Part shown: in pieces, positions 47,182-56,079 of the stretch
How the letters are laid out: each line of letters opens with the position of its first letter
Numbering within the stretch: position 1 is the stretch's first letter
IMG/VR virus record: IMGVR_UViG_3300024308_000021
Coordinates: 5,467-69,466 of that record
Origin: a virus
Strand: one strand, 5' to 3'
DNA length: 64,000 nt
Translations under genes and position numbers: made by a program
The notes under the pieces: model-generated
Databases searched by the model: none
What the model was told of the DNA's origin: nothing
Seen by the model: the letters and a program-made list of their open reading frames with translations, nothing else

Positions 47182-49133
47182 TGTCCAATTTAGTATACAA
47201 TGCTAAGGAGTTGATGTTTCGTTCGTTAAATGAGATACTTACTCTTCCGGACTGTGACATCACTGTGGTGTTTGACGATGGTGAGGTGCGTGCTAGCACG
47301 CGCTCCACTATTCTCAGTTGGTTTAACTGGCGGTTCTGGGCTGAGTTCGCACCAGACTGTCCTCTGGACATGGAGCAGCACCTAGGTAATGCTCCAGCCT
47401 CCAAAGGTAAGGAGTTAGATCTACTCAGTACAGCTTACAAGAAGACGTTTCGTTATGCGTACGCTCGGGATCGTTCCGTGGACATCACCAAGTGGTGGTT
47501 GTTCGGCTACGCACTGCAAAACGAGATACACAACTTCGTATCTAAGGATCTGGGGGAGTGGGTGGTTAGTTTGTCAGCAGAAGACTACGTCGAATGCTTA
47601 GACCACCCAGAGATCTCTAAGATCAACGCTGAGATGCAGCCTAACAAGCACAGCATCAAACAAGGGTACTCGAAGATTATCTCGATACTCAAAGATCCTA
47701 CTGAGCTTAAAGGAAACCGCATAGCAGATCAGACTCGTGACGGTCTGACCTCCGATGGCCAAACGCTTCAGATTCTGTCTAAGCGGGGTTTCTTGACCGA
47801 CGTAGGTTCTAAGCTGTTCGAACATCCGGTAATGGAAAACTACGCGGAAGGTATTACTACTCTGTCCGGTAGTTACCGTGAGAGTTTCTCAGCAGCTAAA
47901 GCGTTGTTCTCGACCAAAGCTCCTCTGGCAGCTACTCAGTACTTCAACCGGCAAATGCAGTTACAAACCGGTGTACTGATGAACCTGCATCATGGATGTG
48001 ACTGTGGTACCAAACACACAGTTCCATTCCACGTAGGGCCAGGGGATCTCAAAGTACTCAATGGCAAACATTACCTGCTAGATGATGGTGCATTAGGTAC
48101 TATCACTCCGAACGCACGACACCTGATTGGGACTGTGGTACAACTGCGGTCTCCGTTTGGGTGTTTGCACGAAGACCCTTCAGGGATCTGTGCAACGTGT
48201 ATGGGAGAGATGGCGTTCGCTATTCCGGGGCGCAAGTACCGTACTGTAATCGGCCACGTCTCCGTAGTAGAGATCTGCGAAAAGATCTCTCAGATTGTGC
48301 TGTCCACCAAACACTTGGATGCGTCAGCTACTGTCGATGACTTCTACATCGAACCAATCGATCGTAAGTACCTCGAACTCGGAGACACAGGTAACTCTCT
48401 AAGACTCAAGTCGTGGGTTCAGTCCCACCGACCGAAGTTGTTGTTCAGCGTGGAAACTGCTAAGCACATAGCGCTAGTAGAGAAAACAGAGAACGTTCGT
48501 ACTCTGGATATCGAAACCGTAGGTAGTTTCCAAGATCTAACGCTAGTGTATGAGCGTAATGGCGAATCCTGCATGCAGGGACTGAATACGTCTATGGGTT
48601 CCAGGTGGGGTAGTTTCACCCACGAGTTCCTGGATTACCTGAAGCGTCACCAGTACACACGTCAGGACGAACATTACTACGTGGTAGATCTCACGGAGTG
48701 GGATTTCAGCCAAACGTTGCTCGAACTGCCACTCAAGCATACCAACATGCTGGAGTACAAGAACGAGATCGAATGGTTTATCAAAGGTGAGAAAACAAAC
48801 GCTAAGCGTCTGTATCGTCCCGTTACTTACGAGGACATCGGAGCTGCTCTGCGTGAGTTCCACAACTTGATCTCCTCCAAGCTGAGTATCAACATCTGTC
48901 ACCTGGAAAACGTACTGTTCTCTACGATGATCCGTTCGTCGGCTGAGGATAACTGGTGGCTACCTAAAGGCAACACTGAACGAGAGTTCGCTGGTTTCAA
49001 AGACCTCATCGCTCGTCGCAGTCTAGCTCCAGCCCTGGCGTTCCAAGAGCAGCGTAAGCTCCTCAAAGACCACAGGACGTATATGGTGCCTTCTCGTCCT
49101 CCGTCACCTATGGATCCGATTCTTCGGAGGTAG
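47181..49133 (+). CDS. non-virion RNAP beta-prime C-terminal subunit (phiKZ gp74-like)
   Basis: YFNRQMQL...DCGT, RSPFGC...ICATCMG Zn site, SQIVLSTKH. Confidence 0.9.
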   Translation: MSNLVYNAKELMFRSLNEILTLPDCDITVVFDDGEVRASTRSTILSWFNWRFWAEFAPDCPLDMEQHLGNAPASKGKELDLLSTAYKKTFRYAYARDRSVDITKWWLFGYALQNEIHNFVSKDLGEWVVSLSAEDYVECLDHPEISKINAEMQPNKHSIKQGYSKIISILKDPTELKGNRIADQTRDGLTSDGQTLQILSKRGFLTDVGSKLFEHPVMENYAEGITTLSGSYRESFSAAKALFSTKAPLAATQYFNRQMQLQTGVLMNLHHGCDCGTKHTVPFHVGPGDLKVLNGKHYLLDDGALGTITPNARHLIGTVVQLRSPFGCLHEDPSGICATCMGEMAFAIPGRKYRTVIGHVSVVEICEKISQIVLSTKHLDASATVDDFYIEPIDRKYLELGDTGNSLRLKSWVQSHRPKLLFSVETAKHIALVEKTENVRTLDIETVGSFQDLTLVYERNGESCMQGLNTSMGSRWGSFTHEFLDYLKRHQYTRQDEHYYVVDLTEWDFSQTLLELPLKHTNMLEYKNEIEWFIKGEKTNAKRLYRPVTYEDIGAALREFHNLISSKLSINICHLENVLFSTMIRSSAEDNWWLPKGNTEREFAGFKDLIARRSLAPALAFQEQRKLLKDHRTYMVPSRPPSPMDPILRR

Positions 49134-49134
49134 T

Positions 49135-51816
49135 GTGTCGAAGTTGCAGATAGAGGTGCAGTCTCACCACTTTGTATTGAGCGGGTATGATTTCCCGCTC
49201 TTTCAAAAGCTGGTGAAGTTCTGTGAACCTCTGATACAGACGGAAGTCGACGTAGATCCGCGTAAAGGCACTGAGACCTCAGTAACGAAAGTATACGCTG
49301 CGTCTTCGCCCGATCGAAAGATCATGCGGTTCCACATCAACATTCTCAATAAGTTCATGGAGTTCGTGAAACAGATCGGGCTCACGCCCGATCAGTACGA
49401 AACGGTTGTGAAACCAATGTACACACCAGCTCGCATGAAGTGTAAGTTAAAGGAGCATATCAAACCTCGGGATTACCAAGTTCCCATTGTGGATTTTGTT
49501 GTAGAACCCGAACAGAAAACCAGAGTAATAGGCATACAAACGGGAAAGGGTAAGAGCACATCAAACGACACTTTCGTTCGAATTCCTGGTGGTTGGAAGA
49601 GAATGGGTGATCTTAAGGTGGGCGATTACGTTATTGGGCGTGATGGCAAACCAACCCGCGTGAAAGGAGTTTATCCGCAGGGTAAGCTCCAACTTTACGA
49701 AGTGGTTTTCTGGGATGGTCGGAAAGTTGAGGTGTGTAAAGAACACCTCTGGGAAAGTTATTTCTCCAACGCCTCCCCTAAAAAACGATGGTCTGTAAGA
49801 AACACAGATACCATTAAAACCATAATCGAAAAGAATCCAAAACCAGGAGTTTATATTCCACTCCCAGATCCTGAAGATTGTCCGGAAAAGGACTTTTTAA
49901 TGGATCCATGGTTATTGGGCGCGTTGCTGGGGGATGGGTGTATATCACACTCCTCGACAGCTATAAGTACTCCAGACGAACATATCGTCGATAAGTGTAA
50001 TGCGATACTCAACCCCATCGGTTATGAACTCCGCTATGATAGCAAGTACGACCACAGTATCGTTAGATCAACAACTGACGTCGATCCTTTTTACAAGTAT
50101 CTCCAGCGTGTCGGTATTTTTGGCAAGCGTGCTTGGGAAAAGGAGATACCGTGGGAGTATCTGGAGGGTTCGTTAGAACAACGCTGGAAGCTACTACAGG
50201 GACTGTTGGACACCGACGGGACTGTAGGTAAGGAAGGACATATAACTTTCGATACTACTAGCATGGTACTAGCCGATCAAGTTCAAACTCTCGTACGTAG
50301 TCTTGGGGGAATAGCTCGGATTAAATATCGAGCTAAGAACATGTATACTTACAAAGGAGAATATCTCGCAGGTCGTCCGAGTTATCGGGTAGGCATACGT
50401 TTGAAAACTCCAAGTAAGGCTTTTACTCTTCCGAAAAAGAAAGATCGCACTAACGATCAAAATCAGTACTCGGAAGGATTAAAGCTGCGTGTTCGCAGTA
50501 TCACCCCCACACGTGTTGACGAAGCCACCTGTATCGCTGTAGAAGCAGAAGATCACCTGTTTGTGGTACAGGACTACATCGTCACACACAACACGCTCAC
50601 AGCGCTGATGGCCGTGGCTCAGCTTGGCCTGCGTACCGCTGTGGTATTACCGGCGATGTATGCTGAGCAGTGGTATGGCGACATCCAGGATGCTTTCAAC
50701 TGTACTGTGAAAGACATCATGTTTGTTCGTGGTCTTAAGAATCTAAGATCAGTAATCCAAATGGCACGTAATGGTGAGTATACCCAAGACTTCATCATCA
50801 TGTCGTCCACGACGATGCAGTTGCTGATTAAAGAGTACGAGACCAACCCCGAACTGTGTTGTGAGATGTATTGTCACCCAGCTGAGCTGTTTGAGCTACT
50901 GCAAGTCGGTGCTCGTGTGATTGATGAATGCCACCGGAACATCCATCTGAACATCAAGATGGATTTGTACACTCACCTTCAGAAGTCTATCAACCTGTCA
51001 GCCACACTCAACACAAGAGATCCTTTCATTTCCAGAATGTACGGAATGATCTATCCCAAGAAAGACCGTTACGATGGTCTGGAGTACGACCGCTACGTGG
51101 ACGTGTTTGCATTGGAGTATACGATGCGGCGTGCACACAAAGCCAAGTACAAGGGATTCAAGGGTTACTACAGTCACACTCGCTTAGAGCAGTGGCTGCT
51201 GAAGAACCCTAAGGAGCTCGACAACTATTGCGAGATGATTTATCAGATCGTGAAAGATTGTTACGTAGTAGATCGGTTGGAAGGTCAGAGGTGTTTGATC
51301 TTTGCGGCATTCGTGGAGTTCTGTACTTACCTGACGAAGTATCTACAACGTAAGATACCAGAGTTGAAAGTTGGTCGTTACGTGTCGGAAGATGATTACG
51401 TGACGTTACTGGCTAACGACATCTCTGTGTCTACGATTCTGTCGGCGGGTACAGGCGTGGATATCCCAGGCTTACGTGAGGTTATAATGACCACCAGCAT
51501 TGATTCGATGCAGGCTAACGAGCAAGCCAAAGGACGTCTGCGTAGACTGAAGGACTTCCCTGACGTCAACCCAAGGTTCTGGTACATCTACTGTACACAG
51601 ATACCTAAGCAGGTCGATTACTCCCGACGCAAGGAACAGCAGTTCCGTGGTACGTGTCGTTACTTCAAGCAGATACAAACGGACTACACAGTTGCAACTG
51701 ACTTCGAAGACTATCTGGCAGAACCATTCCTCTTGGAAGGAGATTGTTTCCGCCAAGATGATGCTGGATTCTTCGATCAGCATGTGCAGTGGATCCCGTA
51801 CGATGAAGCAGCCTAA
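49135..51816 (+). CDS. superfamily 2 helicase (phiKZ gp75-like) containing an intein
   Basis: Walker A QTGKGK|T rejoined after intein removal, VIDECH, LSAT, GTGVDIP, QAKGRLRR; ~547 aa mature. Confidence 0.92.
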   Translation: MSKLQIEVQSHHFVLSGYDFPLFQKLVKFCEPLIQTEVDVDPRKGTETSVTKVYAASSPDRKIMRFHINILNKFMEFVKQIGLTPDQYETVVKPMYTPARMKCKLKEHIKPRDYQVPIVDFVVEPEQKTRVIGIQTGKGKSTSNDTFVRIPGGWKRMGDLKVGDYVIGRDGKPTRVKGVYPQGKLQLYEVVFWDGRKVEVCKEHLWESYFSNASPKKRWSVRNTDTIKTIIEKNPKPGVYIPLPDPEDCPEKDFLMDPWLLGALLGDGCISHSSTAISTPDEHIVDKCNAILNPIGYELRYDSKYDHSIVRSTTDVDPFYKYLQRVGIFGKRAWEKEIPWEYLEGSLEQRWKLLQGLLDTDGTVGKEGHITFDTTSMVLADQVQTLVRSLGGIARIKYRAKNMYTYKGEYLAGRPSYRVGIRLKTPSKAFTLPKKKDRTNDQNQYSEGLKLRVRSITPTRVDEATCIAVEAEDHLFVVQDYIVTHNTLTALMAVAQLGLRTAVVLPAMYAEQWYGDIQDAFNCTVKDIMFVRGLKNLRSVIQMARNGEYTQDFIIMSSTTMQLLIKEYETNPELCCEMYCHPAELFELLQVGARVIDECHRNIHLNIKMDLYTHLQKSINLSATLNTRDPFISRMYGMIYPKKDRYDGLEYDRYVDVFALEYTMRRAHKAKYKGFKGYYSHTRLEQWLLKNPKELDNYCEMIYQIVKDCYVVDRLEGQRCLIFAAFVEFCTYLTKYLQRKIPELKVGRYVSEDDYVTLLANDISVSTILSAGTGVDIPGLREVIMTTSIDSMQANEQAKGRLRRLKDFPDVNPRFWYIYCTQIPKQVDYSRRKEQQFRGTCRYFKQIQTDYTVATDFEDYLAEPFLLEGDCFRQDDAGFFDQHVQWIPYDEAA
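49555..50592 (+). mobile_element. intein with LAGLIDADG homing endonuclease (346 aa)
   Basis: Starts Ser (STSNDTFVRIPGGWKRMGDL), ends VTHN with +1 Thr; blocks LLGALLGDG and LQGLLDTDG; inserted in the P-loop. Confidence 0.95.
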
Positions 51817-51820
51817 AAGA

Positions 51821-51845
51821 GGAGGGCTTCGGCCCTCCATTTTTA
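51821..51845 (+). terminator. intrinsic terminator
   Basis: GGAGGGC-ttcg-GCCCTCC ATTTTT. Confidence 0.75.
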
Positions 51846-51871
51846 CCAACCCCAGAATAAAAGGTATTAAA

Positions 51872-52243
51872 ATGCGTAACAAACACCCTATCCAACCACT
51901 GGAACTCGTAGACGGTATTTTGCGTTTCAAAGCCAATAAACTGGTCAGAATTCTGTTCGAAACCCATCCAACCATGGATTTGAACCGCATAGCGTGCATG
52001 GACTTCAGCGACGAAGACCGTGAGCAGCTCTCCCAGCTTATGGGCGGTAGTTTTAGCTACTGTGGTGACCTACCGTATTTCAGTACAGCTACGCTACATA
52101 TCGCTAAAGCACAGTACGACCGTGGCGCAGATCCTCGCGACGCCCGCATAGAGCAACTCGAAGCGGAACTAGCCGCTATCAAAAAGCTACTAGCTCCTGC
52201 CGTTTCGGTTATCTACGACATCCACCCAGATGACCTGAAGTAA
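51872..52243 (+). CDS. widespread phage hypothetical protein (123 aa)
   Basis: ATG 51872 after AATAAAAGGT; PIQPLE...RFKAN..VR...DLN...EDREQ pattern. Confidence 0.8.
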   Translation: MRNKHPIQPLELVDGILRFKANKLVRILFETHPTMDLNRIACMDFSDEDREQLSQLMGGSFSYCGDLPYFSTATLHIAKAQYDRGADPRDARIEQLEAELAAIKKLLAPAVSVIYDIHPDDLK

Positions 52244-52248
52244 TCACT

Positions 52249-52276
52249 AGAGGAGCTTAGTCTCCTCTTTTTTTTT
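52249..52276 (+). terminator. intrinsic terminator
   Basis: AGAGGAG-cttagt-CTCCTCT plus T run. Confidence 0.8.
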
Positions 52277-52294
52277 GGGATTCCACGCAAACAC

Positions 52295-52314
52295 AAACCT
52301 ATATTCTTTCAGTG
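52295..52314 (+). promoter_or_regulatory. putative early promoter
   Basis: AAACCTA-TATTCT-N5-TG. Confidence 0.5.
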
Positions 52315-52359
52315 AATAGGAGCATTCCGCCCCTGTTCTTTTACTGAAGGAGTAGTGAA

Positions 52360-52587
52360 ATGACAGTAAGCGATCTAACCTTAGACATCATACGCGCTAA
52401 ACGCGAGTGTCGTGCCTACCTGTGGAGTCTCCACAAACACCGCCTGACCTGGCGTATGCGTGCAGTAGTGTGTCTGTTCCTAGCAGTACACTTCGCACGT
52501 GACCTCCGTATGACCTGGACTTACGTACACGTAGAGCGAATGATTCGCCTGCTGGGTCTGGATAAAGGAGGATCCAAATGTCGCTGA
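52360..52587 (+). CDS. small basic hypothetical protein
   Basis: 75 aa, AAGGAG RBS. Confidence 0.7.
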   Translation: MTVSDLTLDIIRAKRECRAYLWSLHKHRLTWRMRAVVCLFLAVHFARDLRMTWTYVHVERMIRLLGLDKGGSKCR

Positions 52588-53015
52588 CACCTGCAAAACT
52601 AAAGTCACATCGTGACGAAGCCCAACGTAACGCCGAACAAGGCTTTGCTAATGGGATACTAAAAGCATTATGTGGCGAAGGGTTTTCACCCATAGAAGCT
52701 ACTAACCGTTACTCACGACCAACCCCAGGAGGAACCTTAGTAAAAGCCCGCTCTGAGTTATACCCAGAGTCTGGGTATGAGTGTCTAGTAGTAGCCGAGG
52801 GAAACCGCTACATAGACAACCACAGCTTCGCAATTCGTGTGATGCACGATCTTCTGATCGGTCTGTACCGCAAGGATCTACCAAAGGAACAGAAACACCG
52901 ATACCTGAAACCAGGTGGCAGTGGAATGACTTACACAGTCTCTGATCCCTGGAGGAAGTGTAAGGTTACGATGATGTACGATCGCATTGTAATCGACTTC
53001 CGTAAACTACGTTAG
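52578..53015 (+). CDS. hypothetical protein
   Basis: 145 aa, GGAGG RBS. Confidence 0.75.
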   Translation: MSLTPAKLKSHRDEAQRNAEQGFANGILKALCGEGFSPIEATNRYSRPTPGGTLVKARSELYPESGYECLVVAEGNRYIDNHSFAIRVMHDLLIGLYRKDLPKEQKHRYLKPGGSGMTYTVSDPWRKCKVTMMYDRIVIDFRKLR

Positions 53016-53018
53016 AGA

Positions 53019-53066
53019 CATAAAAGAGGAGGGCGGTAGCCCTCCTCTTAAGTTTCTTTTTTTTTT
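53019..53066. terminator. bidirectional terminator
   Basis: AAGAGGAGGGC-ggta-GCCCTCCTCTT; CATA upstream, T run downstream. Confidence 0.85.
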
Positions 53067-53070
53067 CGAG

Positions 53071-53523
53071 TTAACGCCATTCGTTGTAGATGTAGACTTC
53101 GTTTGGGATGCGATCAAACCAGTACCTAAAGATATGTCTTACCTTACGATACTCCAGTGTGCCAGTCTGTTGCCCACATCCTAACGCTGGTGAGTAGATT
53201 TTTGCATTACCCAAACGATCCACAGACTCTACAAGTTTACGAAGGTTTTGCTCCAACAACTCAGTAGTAGAGACGTCATACCAATGGTGTTTAGTAGGTA
53301 TCAGTAATAGCTTTAAGTCTGGGTTGATATCAAACAACATCAGACTGTTTAAACCAAACCGTCCCTCCTTACACATCACACGGTATCTACGGTAAACTTC
53401 AGGATAGCGACTACGAATGTAAGCAGCTATTCCTTTACCCATGATACCATCGATATTCACAGGTACTAGCAATATCCCCTCGTCGTGTTTAAACACGTCA
53501 CCAGGGCCTTCGTAAACGACCAT
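53071..53523 (-). CDS. macrodomain ADP-ribosylglycohydrolase (DarG/TARG1-like)
   Basis: PVNIDGIMGKGIA, IPTK, PALGCG. Confidence 0.88.
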   Translation of the reverse strand: MVVYEGPGDVFKHDEGILLVPVNIDGIMGKGIAAYIRSRYPEVYRRYRVMCKEGRFGLNSLMLFDINPDLKLLLIPTKHHWYDVSTTELLEQNLRKLVESVDRLGNAKIYSPALGCGQQTGTLEYRKVRHIFRYWFDRIPNEVYIYNEWR

Positions 53524-53550
53524 ACGGCGTTCCTCGTGTTCAGTACTACC

Positions 53551-54075
53551 TTACCCACGAGCTCCACCCTGAGCTCGCAAAGCTTCCGCTTTAGCCTTCT
53601 CTTCAGCAAACTTACGATCACGAGTCTCTCGTACTTTGACTTCAGCAGCGATTTCAAACCACTGCTCCACCGCCTCTGGAGGTAACTCCAAAAACTGATC
53701 AATAGTCCATCCCGTCAGTTCATGTATTCCGAACTTCTTGAATCGATAGGCTCGATCGATAATCCACGCACCAGGATTTCTGGGTACAAACGCTGCTTTA
53801 ACAGAGTCGATACCCATTCCAGTACCCAAGTTGTTCCTGCGCACAGGATGCGGATCATCCACTGTAGGAGTGCCGTCCACGTCGTACGTGTAGTGCACAC
53901 CCATCAGTCTCCAGTAAGTCTCACGTATAAGCTTGCGAGCTTGAAGTAGTTCCAACCCACCTTCGATCTCCACGAGATCATCTAGAATATCGGAGGCAGT
54001 TACGTCAAAACGTATCCCAGTTAAGACACGCTTACGTTTCGGGTTGTCATTCTCAGCTTGTGAGTAAGAATTGTA
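53551..54075 (-). CDS. start-less ORF, probable -1 frameshift extension of the upstream gp77-like gene
   Basis: Frame open through the slippery site; no ATG/GTG/TTG until GTG 53973, which lacks an RBS. Confidence 0.65.
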   Translation of the reverse strand, partial: YNSYSQAENDNPKRKRVLTGIRFDVTASDILDDLVEIEGGLELLQARKLIRETYWRLMGVHYTYDVDGTPTVDDPHPVRRNNLGTGMGIDSVKAAFVPRNPGAWIIDRAYRFKKFGIHELTGWTIDQFLELPPEAVEQWFEIAAEVKVRETRDRKFAEEKAKAEALRAQGGARG

Positions 54076-55607
54076 AAAAAAAGTTTGATCGGTGAGATCG
54101 GAATCAGATACGGATCTCTGGCTACGTGATCGACCTGGGTCTCACCACACTTAGCGCAGACGTAGTTCCAGATAGCGATCATAGTAACAGCGCGAGCTGC
54201 AAAGAAACGATCGATGTGTTCCAGGAACTTGGAGTTGAACTCCGAGTTACCAGTCATACTGCCGACGTGTAATGCGATCTCGAGTTCGTCGTCGATATAA
54301 CCATCTTCTTCACCAGCATCGTTGTAAAAAGCGATGCGATGTACGAAGTGAGAATACTGACGCAGTGAACTCAGACCAGCTTGCTCAGTGATATAAGCAT
54401 CACGTTCCTTAGCAGACATCTTGCCAGTAAACGCAGCTTCCACTGAAAGCTCGAGTTCACGAACCCACTGGAACCCTTCGTCAACCCATTGACGAATACT
54501 CGGCTCTACCAGCTCCAGACTCATGTTACCAAACCGGAATACCGACAGACCATCAGTCCCTTCCTGAGTCAGGAACTCAGCACGATATGCTGCGATCTGT
54601 TCCAGGGTGTGGCGTTTGGTACGCTGTGCCATGTGGATCTTCTGTTTCTCAGTCAGACGATCTGTACGCACGCGCTGTAGATCAGAAAGATCGATGTAAG
54701 CGCGTTCCACAGCTTTACATTTACCAGTAGCGCCCGTACAAGCCCGAGACATCGGGAAGCCTTGTAAATACAAAGCCAGACCTACACCCCAGAGCAAGTC
54801 CTCGTGCTCGTCAAAAGGAATGAGCTCGTAGAGTTCCTGAGGATCTTGGTAAACTACCGTAGCATCGTAGATGCAGGAGATAGCCAGGTCGATCAGAGGC
54901 TTACGTGAGTAAACGTCGGTCAGTGAGTTGGTACGCCCGCCACTACGACGACCAAACTCGTCTTTCTGCTGCTCGCATTTCAGACGAGTCTCGTTCAGAG
55001 CAGTGTCGCCAGGAGCTTTAATGCTAACCCAGAAACCAGCTTTGTAGAGAGGGATCTGTACCACACCACCCACTGAGGTAACGGCCGCGATCTTAGCGGC
55101 AGCGCGAGCGCCAGTCAGAGGTTGGTTACCGCCTCCGAAAGAAGGCTTACCTGCACGCAGACGTTGAGTCAGGTGTTCTACGTAGTTACCCCACGCCCCC
55201 TGCTCCAGAGCTTTCTGCTTGATGTTAGAGTTCTCGTGCAGAATACCGCCCGCACTACCAGTCAGAACCCACTCAGCAGCATCCTGATCATCCAGGAACT
55301 CGTCGTCCATAGACAGGTCATTGAACTGCATCAGCAGATCGTTAGTGGTTTCCAGGGCATCCGACGGGAGGAAGAGATCGATCTCAGCCGCAGAAGGCTC
55401 TCCACGACCAGAACGAATCATGGAATGAGGAGACATCACACCTACGTGTGTCTGCTTCCCTTCGTAAGGAAGCTTGGTGAACTTAGGAGCTTGTGGCTCC
55501 TCAGCATCCGGCTTCTCTGCTACTGGGGGAGCGTGTTCCACTTCCGGGACTTCCGGCAAATCAGCCGCGACTTCAGTCGCGGGCTGGTCGTTATTAATTT
55601 CAGACAT
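54021..55607 (-). CDS. conserved protein (phiKZ gp77-like), possible tail/baseplate assembly chaperone (T4 gp26-like)
   Basis: 528 aa; acidic/Pro N-terminus, CxxC near C-terminus, ends ..PIKLFF like gp26-type proteins. Confidence 0.6.
   Translation of the reverse strand: MSEINNDQPATEVAADLPEVPEVEHAPPVAEKPDAEEPQAPKFTKLPYEGKQTHVGVMSPHSMIRSGRGEPSAAEIDLFLPSDALETTNDLLMQFNDLSMDDEFLDDQDAAEWVLTGSAGGILHENSNIKQKALEQGAWGNYVEHLTQRLRAGKPSFGGGNQPLTGARAAAKIAAVTSVGGVVQIPLYKAGFWVSIKAPGDTALNETRLKCEQQKDEFGRRSGGRTNSLTDVYSRKPLIDLAISCIYDATVVYQDPQELYELIPFDEHEDLLWGVGLALYLQGFPMSRACTGATGKCKAVERAYIDLSDLQRVRTDRLTEKQKIHMAQRTKRHTLEQIAAYRAEFLTQEGTDGLSVFRFGNMSLELVEPSIRQWVDEGFQWVRELELSVEAAFTGKMSAKERDAYITEQAGLSSLRQYSHFVHRIAFYNDAGEEDGYIDDELEIALHVGSMTGNSEFNSKFLEHIDRFFAARAVTMIAIWNYVCAKCGETQVDHVARDPYLIPISPIKLFFTILTHKLRMTTRNVSVS
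54075..54081 (-). other. -1 programmed ribosomal frameshift slippery heptamer T TTT TTT
   Basis: CTT TTT TTT ACA (L-F-F-T), 17 codons before the stop; T8 run 54082-54075. Confidence 0.65.
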
Positions 55608-56007
55608 TTACTGCTCCTTGAGAGTTACGCAGTTCACCAATGATGGTAGCTACGCTTTTAACACCACTGTCAGCCCAGTCTTCCATCCAGCGCTGGTATT
55701 GTTCACCAGCCTGCAAGACTGAACCGATATTCGATACACCTACGTTACGACCGACCAGGTGTTGGACAGACTGATCGATCTGATCGAGTCGTGAGCGGAA
55801 GACTTTAACCTGCTCTACCAGAGCAGATGCGTTCTGGTTTACCAGACCTACATTGAATACACGACCTTCAGCGTTAGCTTGACGAATCAGAGTTCCAACC
55901 TCACATGCTTTATTCAGTTGCTGACGGCATTGATCGGAGAGTTGCGGGATCTCGTTAGTCGGAGTCGGGCTGACGTAAGGGCGACGAGTTCTGCTGTTAC
56001 TTGGCAT
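55600..56007 (-). CDS. helical hypothetical protein
   Basis: 135 aa; carries AAGGAG for the next gene and overlaps its start. Confidence 0.7.
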   Translation of the reverse strand: MPSNSRTRRPYVSPTPTNEIPQLSDQCRQQLNKACEVGTLIRQANAEGRVFNVGLVNQNASALVEQVKVFRSRLDQIDQSVQHLVGRNVGVSNIGSVLQAGEQYQRWMEDWADSGVKSVATIIGELRNSQGAVNV

Positions 56008-56079
56008 GATATGATCTCACTGTAATAGGGTTGGTTTCATATACTACTAACCCTTGCTATTTTTTTACTGGAGCCGGGT

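Noticed and set aside
34095-49133. Mobile introns in nvRNAP genes, as in phiKZ
   Set aside because: The gp55-like and gp71-73-like ORFs are continuous with all motifs in frame.
51647-51871. N-terminal extension of the 198-aa ORF-track call
   Set aside because: It overlaps the helicase 3' end and crosses a terminator; ATG 51872 has the proper RBS.
1678-53066. Long T runs (1678, 21117, 28559, 52267, 53057) as frameshift or phase-variation sites
   Set aside because: All are intergenic terminator tails; only the 54075-54082 run is inside a coding overlap.
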